Below, piece after piece: positions 55,073 through 64,000 of a DNA stretch of 64,000 nt; positions within the stretch are counted from its first letter, which is position 1; every line of letters begins with the position of its first letter. A program made the translations under genes and the position numbers. The stretch is from NCBI RefSeq assembly GCF_009834535.1, contig NC_045716.1, forward strand, positions 29,698,001-29,762,000, in the 5' to 3' direction. The notes under the pieces are model-generated. The model saw only the letters and a list, made by a program, of their open reading frames with translations, made no database searches and was not told where the DNA came from. The stretch is from Camelus ferus. Taxonomy: Eukaryota.

Positions 55073-58000
55073 AAAACTGGCTAAAAGCAACGGTGACTGA
55101 CAAAGCAGCTTGCATCTCCTTCCAGTCCTTGACCTGGTCTGCTGTGGTCCCTTGACTGGAGACTTTCCTGTGACAGTCTGCCCTGGGGTGCTAATGGGAC
55201 TGCTCCCCCTGGCAGGCGCTCGTACCTCTAACGTTTGCACTGAGGCGGCCCTAATCACTGCCCGCCACCTGAGCCCTTTGGTTCCGGAGAAGCACTTTGA
55301 GCAGGCCATCGCGAGGATCATCGGAGGTAAGCTGGGCTGCCTTGAGGAGGGGACGTTTCCAGCTCTGACCTGCAGCAAGCTCACCCTGGGGCCCTAGCTT
55401 CATGTCAGTGCACTGGAGCCGGGAGCGGTCTTCCAGACCGGAATTGGGAACTGGGGTCTGCCAGCAGCTTCCATATTTTTTCTGGAGCAACATTTAGAAT
55501 CTCAAAGATGAGGGACCTCCAGGGTGCTGAATCAGATCCAGGTTTGGGTTCTCACTGGACAGGAGGAATGTTTGCTGGGTGCTTCCCCCTGAATGCTTGC
55601 AGGGGCCATCCCAGCACTCCTACTGGACCAGTGCACTGTGAGGGGTGAAGGCTGGAGTAGGGGCTTCAGCGTGGGGGTAGGGGTCTCCTGAGGGCCTTCC
55701 CAGGACGGAGGTCAGGGAGGTGTCTGTGTGGCCAGCAGCTCAGCTGTTCATACTCCGTCCCCATGGCTGTGATCACCACCTCACCCAGACAGCAGGTTGG
55801 CCACCCTACTTTGTTTGAGTTTCCCTTTTTATCGACGTGTAACACAACCAGAGAAGTGCGGAGAGAGTATCAGTAGCCCAGGACAGTCAAGGGCGATCTG
55901 GTGGCTCTGGCGAGCTGACTGGCCACAAAGCTGCGCTCAGCACGAGGGGTCTGTGCCTTGCTGTGCTCTGTTGCCTGCCTGTGACTGGGCTGTAGGCCAT
56001 GTAGAGAATTCCTCCTCGTTTCTCGTGCGGACAGCATCACTTCTTCTCAAGCCATGAAAAGTAGCTAATCTCTCACCCACCCCAGAGCCATCTGCTGCTT
56101 GTAAGGGAGATGGGTTGGGACCTGGTGTTTCCATAGAGCAGAAGGCAGCATAGTGTCTAGTGTGTCTGGCATGTGGGGATGGCGCAGAGTGGGGTCTGAG
56201 GAGTGTATGTGGAGCAGACGGCTGGGTCTGTTCTGGTTGGACACAGGCTCTGACCAGCCCCCAGCATGCCCCAAGTGCAGAGTGGGAACTTGGTGCCCAC
56301 TCCTCAGCTGTCCGTTCCTCCTCTCCCTCTTACGAGGACTCTGATTTGTAGGTCTGGAGAAGATGACGCAGGTCCTCAGCCTGGATAGAAGACAACGGTG
56401 GCCTACATGGTGGTGGGCTGGTTCCTGGAGCACGCAGATCCCCTGTTGAAAGTTGGTCACATCCCTTCGCGTGTCTGCACGGGGAGGGGCAGGGCCCACT
56501 CCCCTCCTAGCTCATCCCTTGGTCTCCAGGCGTGGGTGCCTGTGTGTAGCATGTGGCCACATGGGCACAGTACCTTCAAGGTGGCAGCCTTTTTGCTTTC
56601 AAGGAATGCAGTGGTCTAGAATTTGTTATAAGACTCCTTGAGGGTGAGTGGGTAGAGAGCTGGGTGCTGGTTTCAGGAGGGGTTTGGGTGCTGGCCACCT
56701 GACATCTTCTGAGGTTTTACCCGATGGCTGGCTCCTCTGCAGGATAGGTGAGGAGGGGTTTCATGTTAATTGTTGGGGTGACCCCCGTCAGTGGTGGGGC
56801 CCAGGGTCCGCTCTCCTTCCACACTCCTGCAGGGAGACCAGTGCTCAGAGGGGCAAGGTTGGTCCGGGATGCCCCAGGGCTGGGGCCATGTCTTGCAGGT
56901 GTCCATCATCCCCCGGGGCAAGGGGCTGGGCTTTGCCCAGTGTGTGCCCCGGGACCAGTACCTGCACACGCAGGAGCAGCTCTTTGACCGCATGTGCATG
57001 CTGCTGGGCAGCAGGGTGGCCGGAAAGCTGTTTTTCTGCCAGGTCGCCACAGGGGCCCAGTATGACTTGAGGGAGGTAACCCAGAGCGCCTATGCCCAGG
57101 TAGAGCAGCGCTGGGTGGGGGGCTCTGCACGCGAGTCTGGCCGGGCTCACCTCCCTCCACCCCCACTCCAGATAGTGCAGTTTGGGATGAGTGAGAAGCT
57201 GGGTCAGATGTCCGATTTTCCCCAGCAAGGCGAAGGGCAGGCGGGGAGGCTGTACAGCGAGGCCACAGCTTGGCTTATCGATGAGGAGGTGAGGTACCTC
57301 ATCAGCTCCACCCACGAGCTGATGCCGGACCTGCTGACGCAGTGCCAGGAGCAGGTGGACAAGGCAAGTGCGGCTGGGCCGGCGCCCATCCTCCGGGAGT
57401 TCTGGTGATTCGCAGGCCCCTGACGGGCGGTGGGACTTGCAGGTGGGCAGGCGGCTGCTGGAGAAGGAGGTGCTGGAGCAGGCTGACATGGTGGAGCTGC
57501 TAGGCCCATGGCCCTTCACCGAGAAGACCACCTACAAGGAGTTTGTGGAGGGCACAGGTGGCCTGGAGGAGGACACATCCCTTCCTGAGGGGCTGAAGGG
57601 CTGGAACCTGGGGCAGCAGGAGGTGGGCACGGAGCCCAGTGTGTGGGAGAGCCCAGCCTAGTGCCTCTGCTTTGGAGGGCAGCTTCTGGAATCGCTGGAA
57701 AACAAATGAAAACGTGGTGACTGCAAATGGGCAGTTGCAAATAAGGGTTTTCTGAGCCCACAGATTCCTGCTCCCAGAACACGCCTGTTCCCTGAGACGG
57801 GGCTGGGACCCTGTTCCTGAGTCATAGGGGACAGTGGTGGGCAGTGGGCTTCTCTGATGGGGACCTCCAAGGAGGGGGAGGGGGCTTTTGGCTCAGTTCA
57901 GAAATGCTCAAGGTTTGGTGAGGTGGCAGAATTAAGAAAAGGAAAATATAAGCCAGGTATCCAGGGAAATAGCTGTTTGGGTTGGTAGAAGGCCTGTTTG

Positions 58001-59394
58001 TTGGGATGGAGGGAACTCAACACCTCCTGCTGGCGTGTGGTTGGTGTAGGGTGGTGGAGCCTGAGGGGGGGCCCGCCTGCCAGCCGCAGCACCTGTTCCC
58101 TGGGTGGGGCTTTTCTGACCATGTGTTGGGATGTGATGATCTTTTCCAGGAAGCTGCATTCCTTGTGAGCCTTTTTGTTGGAGTCATGGAGAGGGAGCCT
58201 CTGGACTGCAGGGGAGAACCCTCTCCAGGTGAGAAGAAGGCCACTTTGGTGGTAGCTAAGCTGGAGGGCCGATGCCTTCCATCACCTGGGGGTCCTGGGA
58301 TGTGACCTGGGACCAGCCCCCGGGGAGCTGAACCCGGCTGGAAGCCTGGGCTTTAGTGGAAATGGCCCCTCTGCTCGGCCTGCCGCTAGGATTCCTGGGA
58401 ATCCTGAGGGTGGACGGGCAGGTGGGTGGATGTGGGTCGACTGCTGTCCTGGCCTCCAGGGCTGACCGCCCCCATTTGCCTGCTGCTGCTGGCCTAGCCA
58501 AGGCCACGTGCTGGAACTTGGAAATTAAACTTTCCAGATCGTTTGGTATGTTTGCCTCAAAAATAGAATTTCTGGCTTGGGACAAACACCTTCAACTTTG
58601 TAAAATGTGCATTATTGAATTATTTAAATTGGGGTTGATCCCGTAATGCAGCCTCTTCCAAACTCAGCCTGTTTTGCTGAGCTGCTTGGGGTCCTGCCAG
58701 GGTCCTGTCTTGGGGCTCCCTCTGACAGGTGGGATACTCCCTTTGACCCCAGGAAGGCCCTAAAGCTCAGCCCTTCCCCAGGGTCCAGGGCACCCCCTTG
58801 GCGATAGCGCCCCCTGGCCTGTGGTGCCTTCATTCTGCACCCCTTCCGGTCTCCTCAGTTCCCCTTTACCCCACTCCATCTGGGCCATCACACCACCTGG
58901 GGCTCCTTGGCCTGCAGTCGAGATCTGGCCAAGAATTTTGGGTTAGGGAGGCTCAGCCCAGCAGAGGAACCCCTGGCATGGGGCCCAGGGCTGGTTCTCT
59001 GGGCCGTCGTCTCACGGGTGATTGAAGTGTTTGGGGTTTGGGCTCATGGACTGGCCCTGCCTGCTTGGACCAGCCAGCTGCTCTGGACCTGGAGCTCCCC
59101 AGGGACCTGCCCTGGGCTGGGAAGAGGATCTCCAGGGAGCATCTCTGCCTCTTCCAGCCTGGGCTTGTGGAGCAGGGTCTTCCTTACTGCCTTGAGAGCC
59201 AGGGCACCTGTCCCTGAAACGAGACCCAAATGAGCCCAGAGTGTGTCGCGGTGGAGCCCCCAGTGGCTTCAGCTGGAGGAGGACCCGAACACAGAGTTCC
59301 GAGAGGCCCCTAGAGCAGCCACCCCCACCCCCGCCGCACCCCTGCGCTCTGCTGTCAGAGAGGAAGAGGTCAGGCAGGACTGAACAGGTGACGT

Positions 59395-59400
59395 TTTAAT
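59395..59400 (-). terminator. Candidate DBNDD1 polyadenylation signal (ATTAAA; alternative AATAAA at 59762-59767)
   Basis: Minus-strand hexamers 1.2 kb and 0.85 kb downstream of the stop. Confidence 0.4.
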
Positions 59401-60620
59401 CCTGCTTTTTGGAAATGAGTTCTGTGGAAGCGACAGCAAGAAGGATGGAAGTTGGGGAGGAAGACCCTGGGCGGGGGGCATGCTGCGGTTGCCCTCACGG
59501 AATCAGTTTTCAGTGAAATTCTCGATTGTGCCTGGAAGACATCGGTCGTGTTGCTGCCCCTCAGTGGGGGCGGGTCCTGCTGCAGAAGGCAGCCTGCGTT
59601 TCTGGGCTCCTTTTCCTGGTGGGAAGTTGGTATAGCTTCACCCAGTGGGCCCAGCACATGCCCAGGGCTTGTACAGAGGAGCCTCTTTTCCTTCCCCAGA
59701 CATGTTTCAGTGGGGAAGGATCAGGGCAGGTGGCCTAGGGGACAAAAAGCAAGCTTACACGTTTATTTTAGAACTGTTCTTGGACTCACTGTCAGACCAG
59801 AAGCCTGCTCTGTCCAGTTGCACGTGAGTGGCACTGGGAGCAGCTGAGCCTGGTGCCTCAGAACTGGGGGCCAGGGGCTATGCCCAGTTCCCCCTCACGT
59901 CCCCACCTCGTTCAGGCTGCCTCACCCCAGGTGGGGATGCCAGCCAGGGACACAGACCCATGCGTGTGCCTGCGTGTGCATTTGCATGATGGGCTGGGGG
60001 GACTGTAATGGGCCTGGGATGGGAGAGGGCGAGCCCCGTCTGCCTAGCAGCCTGAGGCAGTCATGACATATTTGGGGTCCAAGCTAAGGAAGGTGGGCCT
60101 GGCTGTCACGCAGGGACCAGGACTAGCAGGGTCTTAGGGTCTTAGGGCATGGGTGTGTGGTGCTGACAGTGCTCCCTTGGCGGCAGGAAGCAGACAGAGC
60201 TAAAGTCAAGGTGGTAATTTTCAGGGCTGACTCTCCCACCCATGTACTTGGCTGAACAGCAGTGTCCCATGGGCTGGAGCTTGGCTTAGCTGTTCATGGA
60301 GTGGAACTTGAGACCCCTGAGGGGTTTGCAGAGTGCCTCTCACAGGCAGGTCTCGATCACCCTGCACCCACTCTGGAGGTGGATGACAGATGAGAACACC
60401 AGTCCTGCAGACGGAAGTTTCTAGAAGGCTCAGGCCACTCCTTTCTCATCTCCAGGCGTTGTCCCTGATCCAGGGACCAGGAATGAGCTGGACATAAGGC
60501 CACTGGGCTGTGCTTATGCTGAGGCACTCTGAGACCCCATCCCAGAGCCATGTGGGGCGGGCAGTGTCCACGGGCACAGTTGTCCCGGCTTGCCCTGTCT
60601 CGGCCCTAGGGCCAGCCGGC

Positions 60621-61936
60621 CTAGTCCTCCTTGGGCCTCTCCACGGTGAGAAGTGTGTCCACGATGGTGGGCTGCCGCTCAGGGTCGCCAAAGGGCTGTT
60701 TCTCACGGTTCTTCTCAGCCCTGGTGCGGGTCCAGGATGGGGAGCGCAGACAGCTGGCCCGAGGCAGCGGGTGTAGGCCTGGTGGGAACACGGGGTGGGG
60801 TCAGTGTGGCTTGGAGTCTCAGGTCACTCCTGCAGCTACTGGGTTGGGCATGTGTGTGCCTCCAACATGGGGTCTGGCCACATGTTGGGGTCCTCTGGGC
60901 ACCAGCAATGCGTACCTGTGGGTCTGGGTGCAGTGTGGGCTGGGGATTATCTGATGCCCGCAGGAGGGTCCTGGTGCAGCCGAGGCCCAGCTCTCCAGCC
61001 TGCATGGGTTGTGAGCAGGGAGGGAGGAAGGCTCTGGGCCCCCCACAGCCCCGGTGGCTCCTTTACCATTTCTGAGGCCCGTGAGTTCTGGGCCAAGGGC
61101 AGTGCTTCCTGGAATTGAGATGAGGAGCGGCCACCCACTTGGTACTCAGCCTACTTGTGATTAAATCCGTGTAGTGAATCTACCTTCAGTGGGACAGTGG
61201 CTGTGGCCTTTTGTTGGGGTTTCAAGAATGAAAGTGAGGAGGAGTCGAAAGTTCCTTACAGTTGGCATACAGGTGTGTAAAATGCAGAAACGGTGCATGA
61301 AGTGGCACTTTGTTGACAAATACTTAAACACACATGAGAAATAAAGAAAATTGTTTTCCAAAATGAGGGTCTCCAGGGAGCGATGCTTGGTAGTCTTGGG
61401 CCCCAGGACCTCCCACAGTGCCCTCTAGGCCCAGCACCAGCCCCACCTGCAGGCGAGTCGCTGGTCAGGTTCTCGTCATCTGAGTCGGCAAAGACCTCGG
61501 CCAGCTCCTGGTCGGACATGTCGGTCAGCTCGGTGAGGTCCAGGAGGTCAAAGTGCACCTCCAGGGAGGAGACACTGCTCAGAGGCTCTGGGGACAAAGG
61601 GGCTTGTCAGCAGGGCGTTCTCCACCAAGGCTGCCCCATGAGGCCCAGGTGAAGCCCAGTGTGGGCCAGTGGCAGAGAGGGGGGCAGCAGACATGGCCCA
61701 GCTCTGTTCTTTGAGGCCCAGCGGAGCCCCTGAGAGTGGAGGAGTGTTTGGACAGGATGTGGACCCCGCCCCGTTCCCCAGCCTGTACTTACGTCGTCTC
61801 TCTGTGACCTGCAGGAGCCCTGGAGCAGGTGCTGGGACGCCCACCTCCTCAGCCACAGGCGAGTGGAGGCTGTTCCCTGTCCCAGGGACTGGGGTACCCA
61901 GGGCAGCCTGTGGCACCTCAATCTCCTTAACTATTT
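60621..61936 (-). CDS. DBNDD1: Dysbindin domain-containing protein 1, 5'-partial; exons 61936-61793, 61587-61447, 60778-60621 (first coding exon not found, presumably beyond the window)
   Basis: Spliced translation [14 protein letters not shown]...[49 protein letters not shown]...[52 protein letters not shown]; GT-AG sites and phases are consistent. Confidence 0.95.
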
Positions 61937-64000
61937 CTGCAACAAAGAAGGTGTTGGTTACCCCAAGGGCGCTGGGGTCTCCCACCCCCACCCCCAGGAG
62001 GAGACATGGGATTCCACCTGACCCTGACCCCCACCCAGGACACAGGTGGGAGGACTTGAGAACCTCCTCTGAGGCCCCGGGCAGTGGCCAGGGGTAGCCT
62101 TGGGCCAGAAAGCCAGGCAAGGGGTAGGGGCTTCTCTGAGGAGGCTGCCCTTCCCCGTTACAAAGGCTGACTTCCAGACCCTCTGCCCTGAGCACCTGAG
62201 CAGGAATGAAGGCAGACCACGTAGGTCTCATGGGGACACTTGCTGGTCCTGCCAGAGCCCCTAGTATCCCAATACTGTCACCTGTCTCGACTTTGGTCCA
62301 AACTAGGGTCCGGTGGTTGGTCATGTGTGTCCTTGGCCTTTGGTTCCCTTTAATCCACAATGGCTCCTGCTCACCTGTCTGTCCTATGTTGTGTTTGAAT
62401 TCAAAAGAACACATTCTTGTAGCCAAAGAGTTACTGGATGGGTAGGTACCAGCCTCTCCCCACCAACCCCCATCACGACGGGATGCTCGTCCAGGGTTTT
62501 ACATGCGGTATTCCCCTGTAATTGCTCATATTTTTGTGTTTGTTTTCATGTGATTGCTCGTTTCTTGTACTTTTCGTCGGGTGAGAGCTGCAGGCTCTTC
62601 AGGGATCTGCTTGGTGAGGACGTTGCCACTCAGAGTTGGGACCCCCACCCCATGGAGGCACCACCCTCACCCGTCTCCACACAGCGGGGGGTCCCAATCA
62701 CCTGTCAGGCACGTGCCCTGGGGCAGCTGGACCCCTTGGCTCCCCTGTGTCCCCACTGTTGCTGCCCTCTCCTGAGACCCCTCCACACAGATATCCCACC
62801 TTCCCTCAGCGAGGGACCCCTCGATGAACAGGTGCTCAGTCAAGAGTGAGGAGTGCCCTTCTGGCCCCTGTAGCAGTGTGGTGGGCTGAGCCACCCCAGG
62901 GGTGAGACTGAGGGCTGGGTGTGGGCCAGCCACAAGAGCAGCTGCCAGGGGTCCTGGCTGGGGCGCCCAATGCTGACAGCTGCCTGTGAAGAGTGGGCCT
63001 GTGTGGTCAGTGGGCTGGACTCGGCTGCCGGGACGTGGGTCTGGAGGGTCCCCAGCTGAGTGGAAAGACGGTGACGTGGATTCTCAGGTGCAGAGCTGCC
63101 CTTGAGGTGGGCGTCTGCCCTGGGAAGTGGGGCTGGGGGCGGGGCTTCCCAGCTCTGCCTGGTGCGGTGTCATCACACAGGGCCTGGGGCCGGACGGGGC
63201 TCAGGGTCTGGTTTCCACCTTGCTGCTGCATTCGGAACTTGGCTTCTGAGCATCTTCAAAGGGTAGAGTTACACCCACCAGTGTCAGGGCCTACCCAGCC
63301 CGCGGTGGGCAAGGGCACCTTCCTAACCAGAGGGCAGGAGAGCTGGGGGAACGGGAAATCTCCTGAGCCTCAGACCAGATCTAATCCTTGCTGAGGGACA
63401 AGGGCTAAGAAACCTCTTGAGGGCCTTTGCTCTGCAGGACGCTGTTCTGTTTCCTCAAAGGGCAGGCACAGCAACGCGGTCCCCCTCACAGAGGGGCACG
63501 TGTGGCCTGGGGTGGTGGGTGACCCTGCCTGGTAGGGGAGGCGCTGCCATCTGTCTGGAGCCTCCAGACAGGGTAAGTGGCTCTTGGTTAAGAACAGGAA
63601 CAATGACAGTGGCTCACGGTTTCTGTGGGAGCAGAGTCCCAGCGGCAAATTTTCCGACTAATGCCACAAGCAGCTGTGAGGGAGGACGCCGAGTTTTGTA
63701 CTTTAACCCCGAGGGGCTCAGCCTGTCCCAGGCACATAGCAGGGGGTCCTTGGGGCTTGAGCTCTGAGCCCCACCAGCTGGCCTCTGCTCCCAGGTCATG
63801 GCTTAGGGCTGGGAACATAGCCCATACAGGGAGAGACCCCAGACCTTGTGCCCACAGGGAAGCTGGTGAGTGTTCTCTGGGCCCCGACCAGGGACCAGGA
63901 GGAAGTGGACTTAGGGTAAAAGGTGGCACAGAGGTGGAGTCTCTGCTCACAACTCTTCTCTCTCACTGGGTGGGGCCCTCATCTAGAAGAGAAAGCACAT

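Larger units (their letters stand above)
36708..57661 (+). pseudogene. AFG3L1P: AFG3L1 (m-AAA protease subunit) unitary pseudogene. Exon remnants 36708-36832, 39865-39943, ~40559 (weak), ~43060-43154, 43576-43725, 45914-45982, 46428-46552, 46918-47179, 49471-49606, 49816-49969, 51568-51660, 52301-52426, 55216-55326, 56352-56451, 56899-57099, 57172-57363, 57443-57661
   Basis: Exons translate to FtsH/AFG3L-family motifs ([67 protein letters not shown]). Lesions: exon-1 frameshift; stops at 39916, 43663, 49840, 56386; 2-nt deletion near 49510; lost donor at 46553; HEAGH motif deleted. Confidence 0.93.

Noticed and set aside
56791-57661. 205-aa and 97-aa ORFs with peptidase M41 similarity as a possible stand-alone protease gene
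   Set aside because: These are AFG3L1P exons 15-17 read through short introns; the HExxH motif upstream is deleted.
61548-62426. 292-aa minus-strand ORF as a DBNDD1 N-terminal extension
   Set aside because: Only 61936-61793 matches DBNDD1; the rest is intronic with canonical splice sites bounding the exon.

Overview
Mammalian genomic DNA, most likely camelid (inferred from three tRNA-derived SINEs of camelid type and the MC1R protein). It is syntenic with human 16q24.3: MC1R(+) - TUBB3(+) - DEF8(+) - CENPBD1 locus(-) - AFG3L1(+) - DBNDD1(-, 5' end outside the window). MC1R (317 aa) and DEF8 (451 aa) are intact, and TUBB3 (450 aa) is in frame across two N-gaps in exon 4. AFG3L1 is a unitary pseudogene with about ten disabling lesions, including deletion of the HExxH zinc motif. 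The most notable feature is at the CENPBD1 position: an uninterrupted 543-codon Tigger/pogo transposase-derived ORF with both HTH domains and a complete DDE_1 domain whose third catalytic Asp is Gly. It lies head-to-head with the dead AFG3L1 across one CpG island carrying NRF1-like motifs. TUBB3 intron 1 has a near-perfect REST RE1 site, two degenerate RE1s and an RFX X-box. The MC1R stop codon overlaps a splice donor of the type used for MC1R-TUBB3 chimeric transcripts. All homology calls were made by eye from recalled sequences; no searches were run.
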